A DNA stretch of 33,000 nt from Dicyema japonicum (Eukaryota > Animalia > Dicyemida). The stretch spans positions 644,030 to 677,029 of the forward strand of contig RDEW01000004.1 of assembly GCA_011109175.1 (NCBI GenBank), written 5' to 3'. Both the position numbers and the translations under genes were made by a program. Positions 11,700 to 23,139 of this stretch are shown here, piece by piece. The number at the start of each line of letters is the position of its first letter. Position 1 is the stretch's first letter. Under the pieces are notes generated by a model. That model was not told where the DNA came from. It saw only the letters and a program-made list of their open reading frames with translations, and searched no databases.

Positions 11700-13716
11700 A
11701 GTAAAAACGAGGTGGTGAAGTGTCTCTATTACACATTTGTCTAAAAAAAGTTTGAGACTTCAAAAAAAACTGACCCTTCTTCGACACTAGAGGAATTAAA
11801 GATGTTCGGACATTAAGATCGATTTTCTGTCTATAGAAAACAAAAATGACAACCAAAGGCCACAGAAACTTTGTTGATGCTGCTTCAATTTGCTATAAAG
11901 ACATTGTCCTTGTTGGCACAGATACTGGAAAGTTGACGACAGACTCGAGCCCACGCAAGTATGCATCGGCCTTATAACTGGTTCTTCGTAGTCGCAACGG
12001 CACGTTCCGAGGCTTGGAAACTGGGACTTTCCAGAAGTCCATTCTTTCGTAATTTTGGAAGACCTTTTTGGTTAGCTACGATTTTCACGGAATTCGTCAG
12101 GAGATAAACGGATCGTCGTTGTAATAATTCCGGAGATCTCGTAGTGCAGATTCAAGGTAACAGCGAACAATACCAGAGAGTGAGTCTCCTTGAGGTGTGC
12201 CCACTATTTTCACGATTTCTCGAGAATTACATTTCCCAGTACGCACTCGCAACTCTGTTTTTGATAGGAGTATCCGTATTAAGGTGACTGCGCCTTGATC
12301 CAGGAAACTTTCAAGCACTTCAATGAGTATTCCTGATCCTTGAACTTTGGAATCTTTGCTGAATAGCAAATTCCACCTATGGGACCATACTGCATCACCT
12401 CCCAGTCCTGTTCTTGGATCTGATTGTTTAACAATTCTGAGGATATGTCGTCTGGTCCCGGAGATCGACCAAATTTGAGCTTTATTGCTCTGGAGGCCTC
12501 CTCCAGTAAGATGATCCGTTCGAGTTTAGTGTCTTTAGCAGTCGATCCTGATCTCTCTCCTTTCACAAAAGACAGCTGTTCAAACTGGAATGCGACGAAC
12601 TCTGTCTGTTGGCTGCAAAAGAACCTTCCCTGATTGGTTCTTCCTCCTCATTAGTCGCCAGATGTGTTGCAGAGTTGTTTTTAAGGTGTTCGACCTCTTT
12701 AATCTTGTTTTCCAAAAGGTTGGTGTTATGTTGCTTGTAGATTTTTTCCGATTTGCCTTCGTTCTTGTTTCAGTTTGAGGATCCACAGTATTTTCGGATC
12801 TGATCCTTTAATCCTTCTGCAGGTTCGATAGGGCTGGCACGTCTGGTTGACGCTGACTGCTGTGGAGTTTAGGTTTCCCAATGTTTTTGTCAGCCGCGGA
12901 AAAGATCTCCCCCACAGTTTCATATCATGCCATCCCTATACTTCTGATTGACTCTTATACACACTCTTATATTCAGTTTGCAGAGTTGCTGACGAACCAA
13001 AGAGTTCATTCATACACCTCCTTCTTGATCCCGTGGAATACCCACCACATTGTGTTTGGATGAAGCAATCTCATAGCCACCCTCCGCAGTTAGACCAGAT
13101 TTTAGGTTGAATTTTGAAGACACAATTCTGTGGTCACTGTCAAAAGTGAGTCCTCCCTAAGATCTCATGTCGTAAGAGAAATTTGTCTTTTATTCGACAG
13201 ACTATATAATCGAATATAAGACTTTTCGGATTTCTGATGTTCGAAAATCGGGAGCCTACTCACGTTGTTTTGTGGCGCACAGAATGTTGGAATTGGGTGT
13301 TCACAGGAACAAGTCAAAGGCATCGCAGAAATATGCTAGAAAGTTCCTGATCCCCCTTCCTTGTTGTCCGATGAAACGTTCGTATCCTTTTCGTACCCCA
13401 ACTTGAGCATTCCAGACCCCAGCAATAAAGAGGAATGAGGAAGACCTCAGGTGAGACACAATCTTGTCAAGTTATTCGTAGAAAGCGTCCAAATAATCTG
13501 GGTTTTTAGAAACGTGTCCACAATGTGGGCCGTACACATTCACGATGGAGATTAGCTGTCTAGATTTCCCTCCGAGTCCAATAAGTAATTGAACCATTAG
13601 TCAACAACCATCCCTACGAGTTCCCCTGGACGGAACTTCCTTCAAGTCAGAGCATGCGAAGAATGCTGAAGGAGGCCTGGATCACCTGAATTTTTCCATT
13701 CTGGCTATGACGGTGT
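11700..13716 (-). mobile_element. Decayed RTE-clade LINE (APE + RT)
   Basis: APE motifs ISIVNVYGPH and DAFYE*LDKI (~13460-13555). RT motifs AIKLKFGRSPGPDDISSELL and VGTPQGDSLS...YLESALRD (ORFs 12097-12566). Confidence 0.78.
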
Positions 13717-13728
13717 GTTTTGGTTCAA

Positions 13729-14334
13729 ATTAAATTAAATTATTAACCCCGGCTTCGCCAGCAAGTGGGAAGCCGGCGACCATCAAAGAGCGTGCAGTCC
13801 GGACAGGCCGCTCCCAGAGATCCTCGACTTTTGCATCCGGTGGTCCAGGGCAGGGAAAAAGGTCTCGAACTACTCTGCCAGCCAGAAAAGGGTGGTGTCC
13901 ACACCGTAGGCGAGCCAGTCCGATTCTGATCTTCCTCGGGAGCGATTGTTCCGTTGGACTGATATCCGGGGGGAAGCGCTCCAAGACTTTGTTATATTGA
14001 AGTGTCCTAATGGCCCGTGTTGAGATAAAATCATGGATTCGGCGGGTCCAAGTTGAGTCTTCTTGAGGGGGGGTGATCTTCGACAAGGCTCTTTTGTAGG
14101 TCAAAGAGGGTCCTGCGTATGTATCTGCGGTTATTGTTACTTAGCAAAGCGTGACTGGTGTGATTCGGGTCGAACGACTGCCGTAGGAATTGTAAATTAC
14201 GCATTTCCAGGTGGTCATAGAGCGGGAGGATTTTCGACTCCCAATGTAAATGGTCGGTGGGGTTGACTTTAAACAGCCAGTTATTATTCTGAGCGCCGAG
14301 TTTTGCACTTTCTGCAGTTCTTGAGAAAGGACAA
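13729..14334 (-). mobile_element. 5'-truncated I/Jockey-group LINE with 12-bp TSD
   Basis: TSD GTTTTGGTTCAA at 13717-13728 and 14335-14346. ORF2 C-terminal motifs LQKVQNSALRIITGCLKST, LPRKIRIGLARLRCGHHP and EDLWERPV; (AATTT)n 3' tail. Confidence 0.87.
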
Positions 14335-14426
14335 GTTTTGGTTCAATAAGTTTTAAATTAAGAAAATAAATTTAAATAAAAATAAATTAATATAAATTTG
14401 GTTTAATTTTACTTAAAATTAATAAG

Positions 14427-14834
14427 TTAATAAATTAATGGTTCTGTCAGTTCGAATATTAATGAAAGATAATCATTTCGGTTATAAATCTGATTGATAT
14501 ATTTTCGCCTATTCTCATCCTCCATTGGATGCTCAATGAATGAGTTGTACTGAATATTGTTGTAGTCCTGGTTTACCAGTATTTTCTTCAAGTAATCGAC
14601 ATGATCTCTTGGTCTCTCAACCATCAACACACAAGCAATCGACTTGATTATATTTGCTATCTAAAGTCAATAATAATCTACATTCTTGGATTTTAAGTAT
14701 CATTGAGTTCCTCACAATTTGGAATCAAATTTTGGTCGTAGACCGAGAGTTGCGGAAAGTCAAGGACCGGCCTCCAAGTAAACAGTGGGGGCGAATCTAT
14801 CAAATACAGGTTGTGTGGGGATCGTATCGTCCAT
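14427..14834 (-). CDS. Small protein with RIIa/DPY30-like dimerisation-docking domain (frame-disrupted in this sequence)
   Basis: A 21-nt GT-AG intron at 14661-14681 joins YLKSKN|IANIIKSIACVLMVERPRDHVDYLKKIL, which fits the D/D pattern YL...I..I...L..ERP.D...YL. Exon 1 (14834-14682) has three in-frame TGAs, explicable by two compensating 1-nt indels. A/T tract upstream at 14845-14918. Confidence 0.5.
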
Positions 14835-14918
14835 CAATATTAATCACTATGATACTTTATTATATTATTTTTAATAAATATTTTTTTAAATAACTTTATA
14901 AAATAAATTAATTTATTT

Positions 14919-15142
14919 TAGTTGATACCTTCCAACACTGGAGTATAGGAGGCAGAGCCCTGAGATGCCATATGGGCAGAGGGTTCAATTAGACAAGGCG
15001 CTCTCGGAGTTGTTTCAGCAACCAGAATCGAACCTGCCTGAGGAGGCTGGCGAACAGGCAGGCGAGGAAGGTTGTTGATTAAATATATTAACTTTTTTAT
15101 TGTTTGTTTTAAATAAAGTGGGGTGTAGTTGATACCTTCCAA
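14919..15142 (+). mobile_element. 190-bp insertion flanked by a 17-bp TSD; resembles a retroposed mRNA 3' end
   Basis: Perfect direct repeat TAGTTGATACCTTCCAA at 14919-14935 and 15126-15142. The insert reads LEYRRQSPEMPYGQRVQLDKALSELFQQPESNLPEEAGEQAGEEGC* (stop 15076-15078), followed by a U-rich stretch and AATAAA (15112-15117). Confidence 0.72.
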
Positions 15143-15179
15143 TATTATAAAAATCTAATTAATTTAATCGCTTCTGTCA

Positions 15180-16060
15180 AATGAAAGAAACACGCGGCTA
15201 AAGGAAAGTATTAGCCGGATGTAGGCTTTCCCAGAGGTCACTTAATTGGATCTGGTGAGGCAAAGTCCATTTCTCAGCAACAGTCATGTCCCACATCCTA
15301 CGACGACAACCCACCAGGCCTTTCTTCTTTGAAGAAATAATCTTCTGTGGTTACTTCAATACAAGACACCCACTCGTATAACCTCACAGTCCTCTGAAAA
15401 TCGATGAGAACTCACCACAAGTACTCTCGATGACATTTTTTTAATTGACTACAAAGTTCGCACAAGAACCCTCATTAGGGGGACTTACTACATGGAAAGT
15501 AAATTATGTTTTTTCCCCAATTACAACCCTTTCATGCGAGGCGATTCAAGAACTACAGAAAGATGGACAGGTCTACAACTTACCAGTGGACTCTCTTCCT
15601 GGTCATAAAGAACAGAACCGGAGATGGAAGCACTTAGTCATCTCAATAAGTAGTCATTTCTGGAAATATAAAACAGATCATAGTGAAGAATGGACAGAGT
15701 ACATGTGTTACACCCTAACTTTAGAACTTCTGAAAGAATTCACTTATCTTTCCAATATTGAAGTCCGGAAAGCAAAAAAGTAGATCCTTCCCTATTCCGG
15801 CTCTCCTCACAAGCCTGCGAAACTCGTACTTTTCACGATTACTTTTTCTCTCCCATAACCTGGATTCCAACACGGTTTCCCTTCCTGAAGATCGACAACT
15901 CTACATTATTATTGACTTCTTTAACGGAGACCAACTTCATTTGCGAACTCGGTCTTCTCTATTGATGTTAACAAAGACTTCGGCACAGTACAAGGGGAAC
16001 ACACCATTGGGAAAATTTGTGCATCAAACATTCATCCGATCTTGAAGTTGTGGATGCCCA
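15180..16060 (+). mobile_element. Decayed LINE 5' region (APE domain)
   Basis: Remnant AIQE...LPGHK.QNRR and LYIIIDFFN (GDFN-like) motifs in ORFs 15445-15783 and 15758-16045. Confidence 0.45.
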
Positions 16061-16073
16061 ACATCGTCTACAT

Positions 16074-16191
16074 AAGGGGTTCTCAACCTTTTATTATCAC
16101 AGATATAGCTGAAGGAGGTTGATCCAGTTCTCACAGTCGAAGGGGACTCATACTTTCCAAGCATCACGTGCATCCGTTATGAGAACCCCTC
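16074..16191. mobile_element. hAT/Charlie (MER5-like) MITE
   Basis: Inverted termini AGGGGTTCTCA(AC) at 16075 and TGAGAACCCCT at 16180-16190. The left flank GTCTACAT is close to the Charlie target; the right TSD is decayed. Confidence 0.6.
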
Positions 16192-16390
16192 CACTAATAA
16201 GGGGATCTTTTTAGGTGTGGTAAAGCAATTTATATTCGACAAATCCCATGACGCCTCTTAGGAATCGAAGAAGGAAAAGAGCATATGGTTAATGCGGTCA
16301 CTCGTGTCGAGATTAGCTGTGGATGTGTTTCCCACACGGCTACCTAAAATTTCCTCCCCCTAATATCTCAGACAAAGCATTGTAATAAAT

Positions 16391-17777
16391 TTATTGCACA
16401 TTACAGTCCAATTTATCACATATTTGTTTAGCTGTAACTAAACTAGCCTTCTGCTTAATCTGATTAATCTCCCCCTCCAGTTTTTGTAGCTCCTCACCCC
16501 TTAAGGCGGGATCCTCCATTTCTGTCACCTCCTCTCCTATATTCCCTTCATCGGTATTTTCATCATTTTTCTCGTTTTTGTAAAGAAATTTTGAGTAAAA
16601 GGCCACACTTGTCTTTAGTTGCTGAAAACACGTGTCAATTCTTCTAATTGTTTCCCGGTCTTCTTCGTGAATTCTTCGAGTCGCAGATATCTGGAACTTT
16701 CTGAGTTGTTCCGTGAGAAAACAGTTTTCGTCCATCAAGTCCGCCTGCTTAGCCGCCATCTACCATAAAGAAGGAACAAACCTCCTTCACCGTCCTTTTG
16801 AGTGACTCACCCTCATCGGTGAGCTCACAAAGACTATTCTTCAATCCCTCGGCGACATCATCCCCAGCTTTAAGTCTACTTTGGAGTTCTACCATTTTGA
16901 CGTTGTTCTCATTCTCTTTTGACTTTATACTCCCTCGTAGACGTTCGACTTGCTGAAATGATAATTTAAGGTACTTTTCTCAGCTTTTCATTTTCCGACT
17001 TTAAACGAGCGGATTCCTGCTGTGCCTGATAATTGACGTCTTTGCTCGGTTTGTTCTGCGCCTCCCTCAGACTTGCGCGCAAATTTTCATTTGATTTAAC
17101 CAAATCTTTGATTTCCGTGGTCATCTTTGAATTGTCTCTCGAGAGGTCCTCGACTTTCACATTGAGACTCACGATGGTGGAACACTGGGATGTGCAAAAG
17201 TCTCTCAATCCGCTAATCTAAGTTGAGTGATTGGCTTACTTCTCTTAACGTCTCTCTATATTCCTCCCCCGTTGGAAGAGTCTGCAAGTACTTCTCCAAC
17301 CTTTCAATACGCGGATCCTGGGATTTACTAACCTCAGAGTCCACAGACTCTGTTTCAGCTTTCTTTTTCAATTTTAGCTGATTTTTTACTAATTTTTCAA
17401 ATTCAATCATTTTATTGTCATTACTTAAATAATCTAACTGTCCACTCATTACGTCGCTTAGATACTACTTTTCTTATTTTCATAAATTATTGTCTTTTTT
17501 GTTAAATTTTTCATTTTTGACAATTTTTTATTGAATTTCCAGTCACTCCAAGTTAAAGGATCTGGGTAACTACAGTGGTTCGATTCGGCACAGAAACTAT
17601 CATTTTTCTTGGAATTTCTGCTTTTGGTGGAGTCTGGCACATCCGCGTTCAAACTCTTTAAAGTCCTCGGGATTGTTCCACTTTCAGTGCTTTTTGAAGG
17701 CTTCTGTCCAATTCTGGTTCCTACTAGCGACAGCCACTAAAATCCACGTCAGATTTTACTTTATATTTAAATTTCAT
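16391..17777 (-). CDS. CEP85: Centrosomal coiled-coil protein CEP85/CEP85L-like
   Basis: Introns 17737-17759 (23 nt), 17218-17239, 16953-16974 and 16760-16781 (22 nt each) link the ORF-track pieces in frame. One frame break near 17460 is either a 1-nt indel or a 32-nt intron. RIERLEKYLQTLPT matches the CEP85 RIETLERYLADLPT motif, and the C-terminus ...DCNVQ matches the CEP85 family CxxQ end. Confidence 0.75.
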
Positions 17778-18539
17778 ATCCCTGAATCTAAGATTATCTA
17801 AAATAAATATTTATTTAACTATTTTTGACTGCACTGTTTTTCATTAAGGGTAAGCTCAGGTCATTGCAATATCTAATCTTCAGTTCAAGGGTCGTTAACC
17901 TTTCCCTGACGTCGTTTTTTTGGTGGCCAATAAAGTACAGCGAATTTTTTCCAAACATGATACTTGCTGGTTGTTTGAAGGTGCTTTGAGGTAAATTTGG
18001 TTTATTTGTTAATTTATTGCAAATAAACACGTAGACTTTGTAATAATCGATATTTAATTAACCGCAAATGGGATGCCACGCGTATCGACTTTTTTCTCCT
18101 ACAACGTCGTGGAGTGAGGTATACACGTTATACTGGACGGAAGGGTGAGTAGGCTAAAGGGATAAGTTCCTGGACCAGTTCAAGGAAAGTTACAAAGGTG
18201 TCCGAATCGATTTGATGAAACGCGGAAATAGATCTCTCCTGGACTCTAAAAAGCCTTATCACGTGAAGAAAATACCATGTTACCGATGGATTTGATAAAG
18301 ACACGTGGATATCCTCAGTTGAAACTTAGACGACCGGTTCTACCACAACTAGAGATACTACTCCGGAAGAGACCCCTCAGGAATAGGACCTTGAATGCTG
18401 CAAACTAATTTTAGATTAAGCAACCCCGGATATACTGGAAAGAGGTTGAGTTAATTTATAATTAAGGTATACCCAGTCTTCTTTTCGTATCTTGGACAGT
18501 CTTCCACATGTAATCTCACTTCCAACCCAAGGAAATGTT

Positions 18540-19020
18540 CAGGAGACTTTACCGAAAGTCTCCTGGCGTTCAGTGAAATGATCCATGATAGAGGCGACGC
18601 TTAGCGTTTTCCGTCGAAGCGAGGTGGGAGTTTTTCGAGAACTTCGTAAGAATCTAATCACCTCCAATTTGGTCATACTCGGTAACGGGGGAAGAATGCA
18701 TTGAATTACTAAAATTATTTGAACTCTAGCAGAATCATATAAGCGATAATTCCAGTCGTGCCACAATATTAGTCTCTCCCACCCTCCACTGTTCGATGCC
18801 ACTACTGAGGTCTTTCACCGTCCCTTAGTGTTCTGTTCACTGGTTTCAGGTCACCACTCAAGACTTCGGGAAGCGCTGTACGTGGACGACCTCGGAACCC
18901 AGGTGTTTCCAAGGTCCAGACAAAGTTGGTACCTTTTCGATCAGCCAGAGAAGCCCCTAATGCTGAAGGTAAGAGTAGGGAAGAATCATTCAAAAACATA
19001 TAACATGAGTGCAAGAAATG
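18540..19020 (-). mobile_element. Decayed RTE-clade LINE 3' fragments
   Basis: GFRGRPRTALPEVLSGDLKPVNRTL and ASNSGGWERL, the same C-terminal motifs as in the more intact RTE copies. Confidence 0.6.
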
Positions 19021-19070
19021 GAAATTACCACCTCAACCAAAAATTTGAATTTAATATTTAAAAATAAAAA

Positions 19071-20478
19071 TTAATTATTTTCAGCCCACAACCGATAACT
19101 AAAATTAAGACAAAAATACATCAAAATGAGGGCAACGAGGATGGAAAGGACCGATAAGACAATAAATATTAAACCAGGAAAACAATTCAAAGAAACTTGG
19201 TAAATCCAAAGTCCAACAGAATTTCCTAAAACCCCCGACAAACTTTGAAGCAACAAAATTATTGCCAAAAGTCTCCCTAAAATATGCCACTTAAGTACCC
19301 TTTTCCCCCGATTCCACGTGCTTTACTAAAATCGATTTCAAAATTGCCGAGGGAATTGTCTGGAAGGAAAGAAACGAAACAGCTACAAGTAACCAGTACT
19401 CCTCACAAATAAAGACCATGGCCTTATTCCTTGCGAGTCCGAGTACAATGAGTCCGATGGAATTCGACAAACAAGAGATAACTCCAAAAGTAGGGTCCTT
19501 GAGACGAAGGTTGAATTTGTTTTCCTTGAGAAAAAACTGAGAGCTGAATATCCCAAGAATAAGTCCTCCCCCGCTAGATATTGATATGACAACAGCATAT
19601 CACGTATTTGTCATTAAAAAGGGGACGGAAACCAAATATAGTTAAGTAACAAAAGAGTAAGGTAGTCGATTAAACCACAGATTACAGGTGTATGTCAAAT
19701 ATGAAGTAAAAAAGCAGAAAAGGTAGAGTATAACCAGTTTGCGAGAATCCCCCCTTTTGAGAATGAGTCCAAACAGTAAACTGAGTGTAGTCTTTTGGGG
19801 GAATTGAGACTTTTCGTTTGAGTCGGTGATGAGAGTCAGTCCATAATAAGCGGAGACGATGTACAGTATCATACAAATCATAAAGGAGAGGTCAAACTGC
19901 TTGATATCGGCCAAGTATCCCCCCACGTTGTTTGTAATAAGAACAGCGGTTATAATGACTACTTCGGCAATGACAAAACGACTTGATAATTGGTCGGAAT
20001 TAGTGGTAGCAGTTATGTAACTGAAGCTCGTCTGTGAGAGGACCACCACACTTTCAAAACAGAAGGAGACAACGGTAGACAAATATATCGCCCAAAAATC
20101 AAGATCGAAACGAACAATAAACATCAAAAACAGACAGCCCGAGGATGCCCCCACGATTGGGAGACATATCGATAGTTTGTAGTTTCCTTTGTCAATTTCA
20201 ACTCCAAAAATGAGAGTAACCACGACTGCGACCAAAACCATAAGGGCACTGTTGATGGTTAAAACATTGACGGAAAATTTTTGTATTTGAGAACGTTTGA
20301 ACTTATCAATTTCATTATTGTCATCGGAGGAATGCAAAAAGGAGCAGTTTTTATATAAATTTTTGCATGACTTTTTGTAAATTAGGGTCTGTCTTGAAAA
20401 TCCCTGTAAATTTGCCGCTAAAATTATCAGAAACAGAATTGGTTCTATGAAGGATATACTCTTCAATATTTTGGTCAT
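19071..20478 (-). CDS. SLC46A: SLC46 (proton-coupled folate transporter-like) MFS transporter; locally disrupted
   Basis: Hydrophobic multi-TM ORF starting IEPILFL, with introns 19383-19406 (24 nt), 19277-19298 (22 nt) and 19099-19119 (21 nt). The internal exons of 84 and 157 nt equal the SLC46A1 exon sizes as I recall them. Motifs AILKSILVKHVESGEKGRLLA and FPGLIF. In-frame TAA (19642-19644) and TGA (19600-19602) interrupt the middle. Confidence 0.83.
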
Positions 20479-20479
20479 T

Positions 20480-20560
20480 AATATTTTATTAAATATTTTG
20501 AAATATTTTCTTCAATATTTTGGTAATTAAAATTAATATTTAATTAAATATTTTCAATTA
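20480..20560. promoter_or_regulatory. A/T-rich putative promoter tract of SLC46 gene
   Basis: A/T tract directly upstream of the minus-strand ATG at 20478. Confidence 0.5.
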
Positions 20561-20889
20561 TTGTGGTGACTCGGAAATCATTGAATATATAGTCAATATA
20601 TTAATTTTTACATGTGTTACGGCTTACGTAGTGAGACTTACGAACGGCTTAGCGTCAGAACGATAGAACGGGAGGGATTTCCTGAAGGGAAGGTCTTTAG
20701 TCGTATAAAAAGTAGCATCCAACGAGGAAGTTACCGCATCGATTACCATAATGACTCTATGGGACTTGTGGATCGCTCAACACTCGTCGCTGAAAGCTTG
20801 ATGGTAGCCTACCTCCACGTTAGTAAGAATGGGGTAACTGACCTTAATCGCAGTTATTAAATTTTATTGACAATTCAAACAACGGTTAT

Positions 20890-21186
20890 TGTCCGGCTGA
20901 CGCAGTGTTAAGTGCTGGTGAGCATTCAGATGTTTCCGGTTCGAATCTGCTGCTATCCACTCAGGCTAGAAGTTCCATACATTTAAAACGCTTCTTGGTT
21001 GACAGTGACACCGACGAATCAACATGGAACTGGATCGTTCCTGGGACTCACATGCAGTCAAAAAATAAATATTCCCGATGCCTTGGGTCCCCCTTAATTA
21101 ATTAACTGTTTTATCTTCCAAAAATAAAAGTTTGTCCCCCATGTGGAAGTTGGCAGTCTTTACTACACCTCCACGAAAGGGGCTTT
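20890..21186 (+). mobile_element. tRNA-derived SINE, diverged copy
   Basis: B box GGTTCGAATCT at 20938-20948. Collinear with 29407-29718 (GGAACTGGAT, ATTAACTGTT, AATAAA, ...GAAA..GGCTTT end). Confidence 0.62.
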
Positions 21187-21194
21187 ATTTTATA

Positions 21195-22417
21195 TTATTA
21201 TCAAAGGCAACTATTATAGAAACATAATTGTTATATTAACACACGTGCAATTATTCGGATCAATCTCGTCCATCCTCCCCTGTTACACGCCAAACTTCTC
21301 ATAGCACCCAGATCCTTCCAACTTACGAGTTTCCGGTTTATTGCCTTGAAATCCTCATCCAGCACCTCCGGTAGCGTAGTACTCGGGCGCCCTCGATATT
21401 TCTTTCTACTTGCAGCGAAATATTCCTCCATTACCAAATTTGCAGGTGATGTGGGGTTCATCCTTAGGACGTGTCCAAACAGTCTCCATCGGGCCTCCAC
21501 TACATCCGTGTCGGCCATTGCACCCCACACAGTTTTCGTAATTGCCTTCGGTGGAAGGAATTAAGATTTTTGTTTTCTGAGACCGAGATCCCCCAGCAGG
21601 AAGAGCTACATAGCAAGACCGGCTTCACCAAAGCATTATAGTGGCGCATACGAAGCGCAATCGTTACCGGTCTGTTAGCCAACCATTCCGTCTTCATCCT
21701 GTTCAGTGCGACCGTCGATAGTAGTTTACTCCGAATTATGTCCTCACTGTCTCCGAGGAGGGAGCCGAGCTTTCTGGAACGTCTCCATCTCTCATCCAAT
21801 CTTGATTCCATGCTTTCGATTTTCACAATTTCAGTTTTAGTTGTATTAACCGTAAGAAACCATTTCCCTAGCTCTGCAGGGGCAACTTCAAGTAACCGCC
21901 TCAAGACTGCTTTATTTTCCGATACGAAATCCACATCATCAGCGTACATAATTTTGATGATTTGGCTATTATAAAAATCTTCGAAGACCACGCAGTGTTC
22001 CTTCCAGGTATACCACAAACAGCAAAGGGGAAAGGGAGTCCCCCCGTGGGGGGTACCCACAGTCGTCGAAAAAATTTCTGGACGACGTATTCCCAACTCG
22101 TACCGTCAGTTCTGTGTTCGACAATAAAACTTCTATCATCCTGACAGAAGCCCTATTAAGGAATCCCCGCAAAACATCAATAAGCTTTCCTCGGCGAATT
22201 GTGTCGAAAGCTGTCGTCTCCCAAAATTGTAGTCGCACTCTCAAATCTTTGGTTAGTGGCACAACGCTCCCAGACCACATCAGCGGTAGATCTGCTTGTC
22301 TGAATCCACTGTGGCTCGATGACAGGATTTCATTCACAGGCTCTTGCACACGATCCAGCACCACCAGAGCAAGGACCTTTCTTAGCGTATTGAGTAGGAT
22401 GACTGGGCGCAGATTTC
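21195..22417 (-). mobile_element. 5'-truncated RTE-clade LINE
   Basis: RT motifs LRPVILLNTLRKVL, AFDTIRR, GDSLSPLLFVVYLE, YADD, LGSLLGDSED, RWRLFGHVLRM and RGRPSTTLP. (TAA)n tail and an 8-bp TSD ATTTTATA at 21187-21194 and 22418-22425. Confidence 0.9.
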
Positions 22418-22566
22418 ATTTTATACTAAACTTACTTGGATGTTAAAATTTGCCAATAATCGATTTCTTACACGCATTTAATTCAATTTTTTAAGAAAAT
22501 AATTTATTAACAAAAAATAAAGCTATAAAATGCTGAGTGCATAACAAAAATCAGTTTCGACTTCTT

Positions 22567-22875
22567 CTAAAGGCTTTTTAAGTTGATCTTTTCCATCAAA
22601 TTATTATATTGTAATTCGATCAACGTCTTCACATTTACTAGCCCACCATCATCAACACCATACTTAGCAGACAAAAAAGGTCTGATAGTGCCTAGGTGGG
22701 TTGCCCGTGTTTTCTCGGTCGTTATTATGGCGTGCTTCCTAGCAGACACACTTGACCCAGCTATCAGGGTGTCGTGCATTCGCATTAGGATACGCTCACT
22801 TAGTTGGACTACTCCACACAGTCCACGGCCGAATTTATCACGAGGTAAATATAGCCTCTCCTCATTGGCTGCCAG
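22567..22875 (-). mobile_element. R4/Dong-like non-LTR retrotransposon fragment (post-RT region)
   Basis: ANEERLYLPRDKFGRGL is the RLYLPR..GGRGL thumb motif of RLE-type elements. It is followed by THLGTIRPFLSAKYG. Confidence 0.7.
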
Positions 22876-22939
22876 CACATGGAATATTATTAATTTGAAA
22901 CATGCAACGTGCGTTCGATTCGGTGGTAAAAAATGTTGA

Positions 22940-23135
22940 AGGAAAAAAGAAGGATCACTTGAGTTACCAGATGGTATGAATATAACTCTTGCCATATCCG
23001 AGAGCGTTGTGGCAGCTGAAAAGAATTTATTCACGATTTATTATATATATATCTTTACAAAAAAAAAATATTTCTGATAAGCTTTTCGTGCCTCCCTTTA
23101 CACGAGTCCGCGCCCTCCCATTTTGGAAACCTCTG
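22940..23135 (-). mobile_element. hAT/Charlie-like terminal fragment
   Basis: The minus strand begins CAGAGGTTTCCAAAATGGGAGGGCGCG at 23135, a Charlie-type TIR plus GC-rich subterminal region. Inner boundary uncertain. Confidence 0.42.
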
Positions 23136-23139
23136 CCTT

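Noticed and set aside
14682-14834. TGA reassignment or selenoprotein (three in-frame TGAs, plus one in SLC46)
   Set aside because: The TGAs arise as NNT-GAN junctions of an adjacent open frame. RNPS1 and PMF1 terminate at TGA, Trp is encoded by TGG, and no SECIS element was recognised.
14918-15142. 74-aa ORF beginning and ending in EGIN
   Set aside because: The repeat is just the 17-bp TSD translated on the minus strand.
17815-18030. U1 snRNA- or spliced-leader-like RNA (ATACTTGCTGG; TTTGAG/GTAAA) or a 71-aa ORF
   Set aside because: The matches are too short, no supporting stem-loops or properly placed Sm site were found, and the ORF has no recognisable homology.
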